DNA of 61,686 nucleotides, the filler included, from Squatina squatina (Eukaryota): NCBI GenBank assembly GCA_031763465.1. It is 4 parts of 4 records of this genome, joined end to end, with 100 filler letters (N's around TTAATTAATTAA, not from the genome) between each part and the next. Parts side by side here need not be neighbours in the genome. Positions count along the whole stretch, not along the records: positions 1 to 14,091 come from JARFOE010000234.1; 3 more parts are not named here. One strand, given 5' to 3'. This document shows, one piece after another, positions 1 through 10,256 of the stretch. The translations under genes were made by a program, and so were the position numbers. Position 1 is the stretch's first letter. Every line of letters starts with the position of its first letter. The notes beneath the pieces were generated by a model. That model made no database searches and was not told where the DNA came from. It saw nothing but the letters and a program-made list of their open reading frames with translations.

Positions 1-58
1 GTTCATTTCATGGGCAAATTGTATAGCCTGAGTCGCTGTGCTGTCTCTTTTTAGTGCT

Positions 59-145
59 TTACAAACTGAAGACACTGGGCCCCTTGGCAGCCTCAACTGC
101 CTGAAAACGGCCTCCCCGCACAAGAGCATCAACAATGTCAAGGAT
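59..145 (-). CDS. Candidate terminal coding exon, protein not recognised
   Basis: Minus-strand acceptor ctatcctttcAG followed by the open frame ILDIVDALVRGGRFQAVEAAKGPSVFSL* . No homolog recognised, so it may be chance. Confidence 0.2.
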   Translation of the reverse strand: MLDIVDALVRGGRFQAVEAAKGPSVFSL

Positions 146-291
146 CTGAAAGGATAGTGTTGCCAAGGAAACGTTACCGCCGTTCCCTTTCTTTCACTTT
201 AGCAGTTGTCAGGCCTTGCTATCCGTGCTCAAACTATCAATCAAAATGGTGAGCCACAAGCTTCCGGCAAAATACTTTTTAAAATCGCGGC

Positions 292-512
292 TCAGCTCCC
301 CCAATGGCTCAGAGCGTTTAGTCATTGAGCTGGAGTGTACAGGCCAGAAACACTCACTCCCCGGTCTCTGCTGAATTGGATGATCTCAGTTAGGGTGACA
401 GCAGGAAGACTACAATTGGCCTCAGGTTCCATAGATTATCGACAGGGAGAGTCGACCAAGGTCTCTGCTCTTGGTGACTATCCTGCTGAAAATTGCATGT
501 GGGAAGGTCAAA
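292..512 (+). mobile_element. SINE-like repeat, unnamed family, 5' part
   Basis: A-box-like tggctcagagcg, then blocks (gatctcag...ctacaattggcctcag...ctgctcttggtgactatcc) shared with copies at ~2205, ~40470, ~41312 and ~55870. Confidence 0.5.
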
Positions 513-1667
513 TGNNNNNNNNNNNNNNNNNNNNNNNNNNNNNNNNNNNNNNNNNNNNNNNNNNNNNNNNNNNNNNNNNNNNNNNNNNNNNNNNNNNNNN
601 NNNNNNNNNNNNNNTGCCTATGTATCTATTTTCTGTATGGTATATGCGAGGCCACTGGGTTTCAGTTGTCATGGAGAAACAAACTGAATTGCAGAACGTG
701 ATTCCAGAACACGAAGAAAAATCCTGAATTCCAAAGTAATAAAAAGGAATTGAACTTCTTCGGACACCTCAAAGCAGTCGCCAATGTCATGGATTATTAC
801 GCAAGACTGTTTTTCTGTTGTACGTTGGTTTTTTGAGTCGCTAGCTCTTTTTGGTCCTGTGGATCAGTTATCCTGATCTTTGTATGTTGGTGTGATGTAT
901 GCTTCTCCAATCTTCATTGATGTGGAACTGATGAACACTCTTGGTGAGAGGAGGTAATATAAAATCAAGGAGCTAGTCCATTTCATAGAATATACATGAC
1001 TGAACAGAGTAACCATTCCAGGCTTTTAACTTCTTTACACTTCCCTTGACATATAAAACAACAGAGCTTTCTATATTTTCTATGTATACCAAATGAATGC
1101 TCCGTGCATTTCTGTTAACAATTTTCTTGGGGTGGACAGGCAACTTTACGCAGGATGAATTAAAGTAAAGTATTGTTGGGTTGTCATTTCTGCAGAGAAG
1201 CTGAACCACTACAGTGTCTTCTTGTAGAGAAAGCAAGCACTAACATGTACCCAAGTTTGGCATCTACTTACCTTGGGATGCAGAAATTGAATTTTCAAGC
1301 TCTGTCACTTACAAGACTGTTAATGCTTTCTATTCCACACTGCCTGCGACTAACACAACGTGTCACACCGGCATGCTGCTTTGCTTTGAATATCTTACGT
1401 GTGACGCCTGTGATCCACACAGGCTGCAAATGAATAAAACATTCAGATTTCCTGTGGTTTTTTAATAAATTACTAATGCAACGTCTGTTCTTTCAAGTTG
1501 GCGAGAAAGCTAAGGGGCCGTGTCAGACCGTGGCACCTCTGTAATGAAGCATCCCGAGGAACTCAGTGAAATGAAACCATGCTTCAATGCACAAAAACGA
1601 CCTCAGTGCAATGTGGGAAGATGTTAGGAAAGTTTTGTTATTTAGATGCCTGAAGGTCACCCTGTAT

Positions 1668-2104
1668 AAACTGTTCAACCTCTGCCGCCTCCAGTCCAGA
1701 ACCAAGACCAGCCCAACCTCTATCATCGAACTGCAGTACGCAGATGAAGCTTGTTAGTGTGCACACTCGGAGGCTGAGCTCCAATACATCGTCGATTTAT
1801 TCACCGAGGCGTTTGAGAGAATGGGCCTCACTAAACATCCGCAAGACAAAGGTCCTACACCAGCCTGCCCCAACCGCACAACACTGCCCCCCGATTATCA
1901 AGATCCACAGCGAGCCCCTGGACAACGTGGATCGCTTTCCATACCTTGGGAGCCTCCTCTCAGCGAGGGCAGACATAGACGATGAAACCCAACACTGCCT
2001 CCAGTATGCCAGTACGGCCTTCGGCCACCTGAGGAAAAGAGTGTTTGAAGATAAAGACCTCAAACCCAGCACCAAGCTCATGGTCTACAGGGCAGCAGTG
2101 ATAC
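1668..2104 (+). mobile_element. RTE-clade (BovB-like) LINE reverse transcriptase fragment, degenerate
   Basis: Translates as KLFNLCRLQSRTKT...ELQYADE (YADD-like), then LNIRKTKVL...FPYLGSLLS...ASTAFGHLRKRVF...STKLMVYRAAVI. Frameshifted and cut by a gap. Confidence 0.85.
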
Positions 2105-2204
2105 NNNNNNNNNNNNNNNNNNNNNNNNNNNNNNNNNNNNNNNNNNNNNNNNNNNNNNNNNNNNNNNNNNNNNNNNNNNNNNNNNNNNNNNNNNNNNNNN
2201 NNNN

Positions 2205-2445
2205 TTCTTTATCTGATCTCACCCACAGGGCAGGGGTAGGGGCCTCGATACCTCGGCGTCAGGAAGGAGAAAATCAACCAGCTTTTCCCATTCCCAATCA
2301 CTATGCAGCAATCCTGTTGGAAGTGCGCGTATGCGCATCAGGCAAGAAGCCAATCAGGCTCGGCTGTGATGCTCCCGTGGTGGAATAGCCTACTGATATT
2401 CACTGTCAAAGCTCACACGTCAATAAAGGCCACTTGGATTAGGTC
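2205..2445 (+). mobile_element. SINE-like repeat, same family as 292-512
   Basis: gaaaatcaaccag...cactatgcag...tcaggctcggctgtgatgctcccgtgg...gccacttgg aligns by eye with 41312-41560. Confidence 0.5.
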
Positions 2446-4426
2446 CAATGGGTGCCCCAGCAAACAATTAACACAATCACAAGAGAAAGGGCGAGGTTTA
2501 ACTGGCTGAGTAAATTGTTGAGAAATAACAAACTCTCTCCGCGTTGGATTACTTTTGTTATAAGCTTTAAACGCTGGCAGTAACAGTGAAATGGGAAACC
2601 ATTACAGAGCTGAAACTTCCTGAACCATATCTTCAAACAGAGGTAGGGCGCAATGAATGAAAACATGAGGGCTTCTGTTCATACTCTCACTATTGTTGAA
2701 TTAGTAATAATTCCTCAGAGAAACTAAAGTAGCTCTTACTTGCTGTACTACCATCGGAATCCTGGTTTTGTGCTTTTACGAAGTTTATCGGGTCAATTCA
2801 TTAAACAGTTCAACGAGTGCAACCTGAAACTTAGAGAAACAAAGATTGTTATCTTTGTAAGGAACCACCTCATGGTGAGCTCAATAATAAATCTGCATTT
2901 AAGGGTAAAGAATTGCAAAGTCGTGGATTCAGAGGGGATGATTATTTTAATATCTTGATCTCAGAACTTCTACTTCATTAGGTACTGCCAGATTAAATGT
3001 AAATGTGTGTCNNNNNNNNNNNNNNNNNNNNNNNNNNNNNNNNNNNNNNNNNNNNNNNNNNNNNNNNNNNNNNNNNNNNNNNNNNNNNNNNNNNNNNNNN
3101 NNNNNNNNNNNCTGCAAAATCCAAATATGTGCACAATTGTTTGTTGTCTGTAAGTCATTTGCTTTGGAAAGGCTATCCTGAAAGCTTCAGTAAGGAAAGT
3201 GTAACTTACAGCTCTAAGAAATGCACTGTGAAGCAGGTAGTTAATCAGAAGCACACATGACTTTGCCCTTTTGTCTACAAGAATGAAAGCAAGAGCTTAA
3301 AGTAACCATTGAGGCTCGAGCCTTAGATCAAAAGCCTTGTATTTTATTGCAATCCAGACAAGTACAGCCAACCAAACCCAAACAATGTGAATGTACACAA
3401 CAAATTTAATTTTAGAACAAAAGTAATGCCTTGAATTACTGAAAGGGTCCAGGTTAATTATATAGTTTGTTGCTAAGACAGTCACCATGGTAATAAGTAA
3501 GGTCACACAAAGGTGTACAGGAGTGTGGCAAACACTTCTTGGAGTGTTTTACTGCCGTGAAACATGATATCCATGCATGGAAAACTTCTGTCGGAAAAGA
3601 CGGCAATATCGATGTAAGTCAAGAAAAAGAAAGGCTTATGAATATCCACATCTCTAAAGCTTAACCGTCGTTCATAATTGACTAACAAATTATGAAGATT
3701 TGGGATGACAATAATGCAAAGAAAATGGGACTTGAATAAATAAACCTGCTTTCAACACCCTTTGCTACACCACCTATCTTTCAGCTATGCATGGAATACT
3801 GAATAGAAGATAAAACACTGTAGTATTGCTGTCTTCTAGGGGCTCATGGTTTTTATATAACTCAAAAGCTCATGGATCTTAACAAAAAGATTCTGCAAAT
3901 TCAAAACAACGTTAAAATAGTTGCAGATGCGTGTTCACATTNNNNNNNNNNNNNNNNNNNNNNNNNNNNNNNNNNNNNNNNNNNNNNNNNNNNNNNNNNN
4001 NNNNNNNNNNNNNNNNNNNNNNNNNNNNNNNNNNNNNNNNNATCAGTATTTACCAAATCGACAACGTTAAAGGCCGAGAAGTTTGGTTGCTCAGTGTCCA
4101 GTTTTCAGGCGCTACCGGGCCTACTAAGACCCCATTATGGCAGACAAAAAGTGTGCGCACATTTCTGTCTGAAAGTGTGCTGCCCATCACATCAGAAAGG
4201 CAAAAAATCATGGTGCAGTGCTCACAGCTGAAACGGGCATCGGTCCCTTTGCATATGCAAGGAAGGGGTCTGACACCTATTTGCAAGTTTGGTATGCCCT
4301 GAGGCAGCCAGTGCTCAGAAAACCGTGCCTTGTGACTGCTTGTTACCAACAAGGTTATTGAAATATAATTAGCTGAATGTGGAGCTGGGAGAAGAATCTG
4401 TCGACTGCTCAACCTGGCTTCAAAGC

Positions 4427-4621
4427 TACGGTGACCAGATCATAACATTGGCAAACCGGGACAATCAGTCTGCGCATGCGTAGTCAGTTCTCCACCGAGA
4501 CCGCGCATGTGCAGTCAGGTCTCCGCACNNNNNNNNNNTTTTAAAACAATTGTCGGGACACTGGGACGTTTTGGGAAAAACCAGGACTGTCCTGGCAAAA
4601 CCGGGACATCTGGTCACCCTA
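4427..4621. mobile_element. hAT-family (Blackjack/MER81-like) MITE
   Basis: 14-bp TIRs tacggtgaccagat / atctggtcacccta (1 mismatch), subterminal cgggac motifs, 8-bp TSD ttcaaagc / ttctaagc. Confidence 0.8.
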
Positions 4622-6177
4622 TTCTAAGCTCCTCCTCCCTTCCATCCCCCGGCCTCCAATCCGTCCCCCGACCTGGCCTCTGATATCCTTCGCCCACAGC
4701 CTCCAATCTCTCGCCCCCCCGCCTGCCCTTCAATCTCCTGCCACCCCCACCCGCCCCGTCTTCCCTTATCTGAAGCCGCTGCGATGTTGGAAGTGGTCAG
4801 ATCTTTATTCACACATTCACTCTTCACCCATGGCCTCTTTGCGTCTTGCCGGCTTGATGGACATTTTAACATTTATACTTTTGTGACTTGTGTGATGGCA
4901 ATACAAATGAAGGTCATTAACATCACTCATGCCATCATTATTGATTTCTTTTAGTTGCATTTTACATTTTGTCCATTAATTGCACCATTGAAATGTTATC
5001 ATTTCATGAGATTTTGCAAGGCATCCTCTTTGAATTTTGAACATTGTTCTGTTGAAGTTTTTAATCCATACATGGATCAATTATCATGGTGTTCGTGTCT
5101 GTATAGATCTGGAACAGATAAAGATGTAAACACAGTTAAATTAATGATTAATAATACTGCTAGCCTGCTAGCACAAAGTTAATGAGAGGTCTATTACAAT
5201 TAAATGTAATTATTTTTCTACTTTACACGATTTCTACTGAAACCATTTTACTGCACAGGCAAAGTCCCTGTGTCTGTTGTAGCGCACTTGACAATATTCC
5301 CCTGGAGGCATATCGCTCTTTCGGCTTCCATTAGGGGGACGGGTCAGATGTCTACATCTTGCTTGATGAAGAAAACTGCCGCTAGCAAACTAAGATAAAG
5401 GTACAGACAGCAAACACTTGTCAAAGCAGTTCCTTTGTGATGTCAGGTATCGGAGTCTTGGAATTTACTGATAGTTAAAGAACATTCACTTACACACTAT
5501 CCACAGCTCTTAGCTCGAGATGCCATGCACAATATCAATCATCATCAAGTATACAAAGCAACATTATTATAAATGTAGGTTTGATTAACAACCCTTCAGG
5601 TGCTGAAACTATGTCACATCACATGTTCTCCTTTCTACAACACTACCTTTTACTTTGAAGGAACTTTTTAAGAGGTCAGCATATTTTCTTATTTTGTTTC
5701 AGAGCTTGCTGCCTCTTGTATTGCAAGTTCACAAAGGAAATCTATTGCTTTGCAATTTCAAGTGATTTTACAGTTTATGACAAACCAACTGGATAGCACA
5801 AGGTAAATTTTATGGTGTGCAGTCCCAGCCTCGGCTGCTGGGAGCTGGAAATTGTGGGTGGGCTACTTATGTTTTTCTTTATGGGGAGTGCTCCTGTGAT
5901 TTTCTTGAGTGTGTGCCCAGTGGGCAAGGCTGCATGCCAGCAGTGCACATTCATAACACTTCTTTTTGCATCTAAATCCATGAACAGATCTCAACTTTTC
6001 AATATTAGTAGGAGGCTGGTTTGTTTGGGAGAAAATGCTTGAAAATGACAATGACAGACCAAATTCTCAAACAAAGGTAAAAAAGGAAAAAGAGCAAATT
6101 CTGGAAATATAAAAACAAGTCGAAACTGCTGGAAATACATAGCTAAACAACAAGCAGCTGAGCAGTGAAACAATAGT

Positions 6178-6519
6178 GGGCGCCCAATTCGCGGGTAAAC
6201 TTTTGGCGCGAAATCAGCGCGAAAAGGGCATACGTGCACTTTGGGCGTGAAAACGGGGGTGCAAAATTCGGGTCCCGTTCACGCCGGCGCAAAATGGGCG
6301 CAAGGCCCATAATGCTTGCAGCGCTGGCTGAAGCGTATTCGCGGCCCTAGGATGTCATAAGTGCACATGGCACCCAAAATGGCCGCCCCTCCTAAATTCA
6401 GCAGTGTCAGTGTGCACTAAATCCAGCGGTGACAACGCCTGCATTTTTCAGCGGTGACACGGGCCTCAGCTCAGAGAATCCAGCGCAAGTGAAAGCAGTC
6501 AGATTAGGCTCCATTGTAT
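6178..6519. mobile_element. CpG-rich MITE-like fragment (possibly PIF/Harbinger-derived)
   Basis: Abrupt CpG-rich block starting gggcgcccaatt, resembling the termini at 28040 and the reverse end near 56567. The other end is lost in a gap. Confidence 0.45.
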
Positions 6520-6619
6520 NNNNNNNNNNNNNNNNNNNNNNNNNNNNNNNNNNNNNNNNNNNNNNNNNNNNNNNNNNNNNNNNNNNNNNNNNNNNNNNNN
6601 NNNNNNNNNNNNNNNNNNN

Positions 6620-7078
6620 TGTTTCTCTCTCCACAGATGCTGCCTGACCTGCTGAGTATTTCCAGCATTTTCTGTTTTTATTTCAGATTCCAGTATTTTG
6701 CTTTTGTAACTTCAGATCATAACCCACCGCTCCCATTGTCTCAGAGAGCAGGTGCTGGTAACGGTTCTGCCGTAACCATTTACACCTCCTCTGGACCGAC
6801 CTTTTGGTTCTTTATTGTCCCATTATCTTTTGCCTTGCACCATCGTCCCTTGTGTCATTTAATCACGCCTGCCCTGCACCCTATCACGGACCTTCTCTTT
6901 TATTCTTTCCTCCTCTCCCCACTATCCCTGGCTCTGCAATCGCTTATAAACTGTTAAATCTCTAACTTCTTCCAGCTCTGACGAAGGGTCGTCGAGTTGA
7001 AACGTTAACTCTGTTTCTCCCTCCACAGATGCTGCCTGACTGACCTGTTGAGCGTTTACAGCATTTTCTGTTTTTATT
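6620..7078 (+). mobile_element. Penelope-like element remnant with direct terminal repeats
   Basis: The ~60-bp block tgtttctc..ccacagatgctgcctgacctg..gcattttctgtttttatt occurs at 6620 and again at ~7012, and a hammerhead core lies just before the second copy. Confidence 0.7.
6971..7013 (+). ncRNA. Minimal type I hammerhead ribozyme motif, degenerate, Penelope-associated
   Basis: CTGACGA (6978-6984), an imperfect helix II (agggtc..gagtt), then GAAAC (6999) within the palindrome AACGTT. Confidence 0.55.
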
Positions 7079-7127
7079 ATCTTTGAAGTTCAGGTCGGGA
7101 AAACAGTTTTAAAAAAAGCTTACTTAC

Positions 7128-7282
7128 CGAGAACAAAAGCGGCTACATAATTTGAGATGTCTCCAACACCAACAAAAAAGTACAGTATGCAGAACATTTC
7201 CCAACTCTGAGAGGCCAGCTGAATTAAGCTCAAGATTATTTGCATGGTTAGGCCTCCAAAGAGAACAACTTTTCTTCCATAC
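7128..7282 (-). CDS. SLC22A4/SLC22A5 (OCTN)-like transporter, internal exon equivalent to exon 3
   Basis: 155-nt exon with AG and GTAAGT. Encodes RYGRKVVLFGGLTMQIILSLIQLASQSWEMFCILYFFVGVGDISNYVAAFVLG, versus recalled human OCTN2 RFGRKNVLF...GQISNYVAAFVLG. Missed by the ORF track. Confidence 0.88.
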
Positions 7283-7751
7283 CTTTAAACAACAAGCATA
7301 TATTTAATTTCAAGCACATGTTATGCAAGATGTATCTTAGACGGTTTAGGCTGTTGTGATGTGGCTTTAGCGGGTAGATCAGGATAGACTCTGCAGTAAG
7401 ACACTTCAGTTATCCTGGTGTTAAAAAAAAAATCAAACATGTCGAAATCGATAATCACATTTGGATCAGAAAAGGGTGCAAACAGCTCAGATGCTATTTA
7501 GAAAAAAAAGCAAACCTGGATTAAAATGGAAAGCTTATATCAGAGAATTTTAATTTATTAGATCTTGCTGCAATGTCATGTTGCACGGTGTACAAAATCT
7601 ACCTGATTGTTTTTAATTTTGAGAGTGATCAGCAATTGGAATGGGCTTTGGNNNNNNNNNNNNNNNNNNNNNNNNNNNNNNNNNNNNNNNNNNNNNNNNN
7701 NNNNNNNNNNNNNNNNNNNNNNNNNNNNNNNNNNNNNNNNNNNNNNNNNNN

Positions 7752-7846
7752 ATGTTAAGACCTGGGAGTTGTTGGTACCCAGCCATGAGGGGATAGAAGT
7801 TGTACAATAACTCTTGTTCGGTGTCGGGCAGAATTCGCACCCGGAT
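7752..7846 (-). CDS. TRAPPC11: TRAPPC11 exon near the C-terminus, truncated by a gap
   Basis: Acceptor ttttctttctaAG, then [31 protein letters not shown]. Confidence 0.92.
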
Positions 7847-8047
7847 CTTAGAAAGAAAACAGTAATAGTCAGGAAAATAAAAAGGAAGCAATCTGGAGTT
7901 GAAACAAAAAGCAATTACTGTTCAGTAAGTTAACTGAATGATCTATAAACACCAACAAATGTGTACATTGTTGTCCCATTCCCCCTCCCCCAAAATCTTC
8001 AGACTTAGCCACCCACTCAGGTAAGATCTATCAGTTACAAATTGTAC

Positions 8048-8171
8048 CTGCTTAAGACCGGAAAACATAAATGCATCATTCGGCTCCACAAAAATCTCCA
8101 CATCCTGCACTAGTTTGGTCCTATTTTGTAACCAATATTTGACTGGCGAACTCTACCAAATGATGGAAGAT
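8048..8171 (-). CDS. TRAPPC11: TRAPPC11 exon with an apparent 10-nt deletion (frameshift)
   Basis: AG/GT-bounded 124 nt. DLPSFGRV(R) and [33 protein letters not shown] are in different frames, and the expected ESL residues are missing. Confidence 0.88.
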
Positions 8172-8722
8172 CTTTCAAAGAAAGAAAAGACAAGTCAGTG
8201 GCATGCTTTCAAATTTAGGTTAAAATGTTGCATAAACGTCCATTAAAACAGAAGAAATGCATATTTCTGCATACAAAATTCATCATAGACCATTACGGAA
8301 ACATGTACATACTAACTTGGTAAAATTTAAGGAACAATTTTAAATTAGAAACTTCAAAATATTATCACCAAATGACTAGATTCAAGTGTCCCACCCCTCC
8401 CAGTACAATTATACAACTACTTAAACTATTGTGTAAAATGTACATAATTGTTGTAACTTTGCATACCAAACATTTTTTGAATAAATCAGATTCAAAACTT
8501 TTCAATGGCTATGACTTGGGTACTGGCATGGATTGCTTTAGACATTAAACTACCTCTTAAAGACTTGCTTGCTTCATCCTTTGGATATTAGATTAGGTCT
8601 TAAAATTTACCATTAGTTATGGACCTTTTTGCTGGTTGTAGTATTGCTCCTGCTTTCTACACTTAACTCTTAAAAATGTGATGTTATGTACATATAATGA
8701 GCGGTTGCATAATTCAGTTCAC

Positions 8723-8814
8723 CTGCATGAACATAGAGCGGAATTGCCTCCACAATCACATGTGACAACGTAATCACTGTGTTGACAATAGGTATGCTTT
8801 TAGCAGCGGAGGTC
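8723..8814 (-). CDS. TRAPPC11: TRAPPC11 exon
   Basis: 92 nt, AG/GT. TSAAKSIPIVNTVITLSHVIVEAIPLYVHA, with phases matching neighbouring exons. Confidence 0.92.
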
Positions 8815-9203
8815 CTATCAAAACAGCAAAACATAATCATTAGTTCATGCTTTGGACACAGGCTTTGTGTTTTGACTTGCAACTTACTGGAACAAAGCAG
8901 CTTTCCCATTATCAAATTCAGTGCTGACTCATCTGGGGCAGGTATAAGTAAGGCAGATTTCTTAGTACCAGCAGCTAAGCAGCAAACAGAGTGTAGCAGC
9001 TTCAAAGTATTGGGAATTTGGTAAGTGAGGGAGAATTGGGTGCGGTGAGGGAGGGGTGCATTGCACACTTAGAATTAATTATTTTCCGAAAGTNNNNNNN
9101 NNNNNNNNNNNNNNNNNNNNNNNNNNNNNNNNNNNNNNNNNNNNNNNNNNNNNNNNNNNNNNNNNNNNNNNNNNNNNNNNNNNNNNNNNNNNNNNNNNNN
9201 NNN

Positions 9204-9512
9204 AGTCTAGGACCAGAGGGCATAATCTCAGAATAAGGGGGCGCCCATTTAAGACTGAGATGAGGAAGAATTTCTTCTCTGAGGGTTGTGAGTCTTTGGA
9301 ATTCCTTGCCACAGAGAGCTGTGGAGGCTGAGTCTTTGAGTATATTTAAGGCTGAGAGATAGACTTTTAATCAGTATGGGAATCAAGGGTTATGGGGAAA
9401 GGGCAGGAAAGTGGACTTCAGGAATGTCGGATCAGCCATGATCTCATTGAATGACGGAGCAGGCTCGAGGGGCCAAGTGGCCTACTCCTGTTCCTATTTC
9501 TTATGGCCTTAT
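9204..9512 (+). mobile_element. CR1 LINE 3' end
   Basis: SRTRGHNLRIRGRPFKTEMRKNFFS ORF2 C-terminus and the 3' tail gggcc..tggcctactcctgttcctatttcttatg. Confidence 0.9.
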
Positions 9513-9656
9513 AAAAAGATTTCTGCTCCAAGACCTTACCCATCAACAAGCTGTCTAATGGCATTTTAAATGTACATCAGTATCATCATAAAACTGTTGT
9601 TTTCATCGATGGAGCCAAGCTTTTATTGCTGTTTTACGTGATAAAATATACTTTGC

Positions 9657-9768
9657 CTTTTCCAGGAGATAATGTAACGACCTGAGGCAACTCCACTCTG
9701 ATTAGTAGGTGCTGGTGGACACTGCAAGCAGAAGCACTCACTGGCACTTTCTCCTGTCTGTAAAATCA
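9657..9768 (-). CDS. TRAPPC11: TRAPPC11 exon followed by a GC donor
   Basis: 112 nt. [38 protein letters not shown], acceptor ttctgcAG, donor AG|GCAAAG. Confidence 0.9.
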
Positions 9769-10061
9769 CTGCAGAAATAAGATTTTAAAATGTTGAGCAA
9801 CTGGATTTTTTTATTTTTTATTTTATATACATCGACTGACTGTTACTCAGTTCTTTGAGCCTCAATCATTTTGTAGCTTCAGTTTGAGCAGACTAATTCT
9901 TTTTTTTTAAAATAAAACTGCCAATTTCTGCTCCCCCTTCCCAAAGGCTGAGGTATGGTTCCCAGTGTGGGACTATTCTTTCATGGGGTCATCACAGCAG
10001 ATTCATATTGCTCCTCTGCCAATGTTCACACAGCTGCAGGGTTTGCTACATATAGTCTTCA

Positions 10062-10250
10062 GCGAGTTGGCACACAAAAGGCTATTAAATAAGGTCGAGT
10101 CCTATGGGATTGATAGTCGGAGTTTGGAATTTATATGGAACTAATTGCATTCTCAGATATCAAGTGGTTGCCAATAGCAGTGGTTCTTTATGAGGACCGC
10201 TTGCAAGTAGAATACTGCAGTGATTAGTGCCAGGGCCATTGCTCTTCACC
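10062..10250 (+). mobile_element. Old CR1 RT fragment
   Basis: Degenerate HKRLLNKVESYGI and Q.LVPGPLLF (QGSVLGPLLF-like) motifs. Confidence 0.55.
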
Positions 10251-10256
10251 ATCGCT

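Noticed and set aside
1273-1425. Minus-strand AG...GTAAGT-bounded segment
   Set aside because: Stops in all three frames, so at most a non-coding exon.
4624-4872. SNIAAA peptide as the TRAPPC11 last exon
   Set aside because: No stop after AAA, no PQGR-like start, and it lies beyond the SLC22-like exon.
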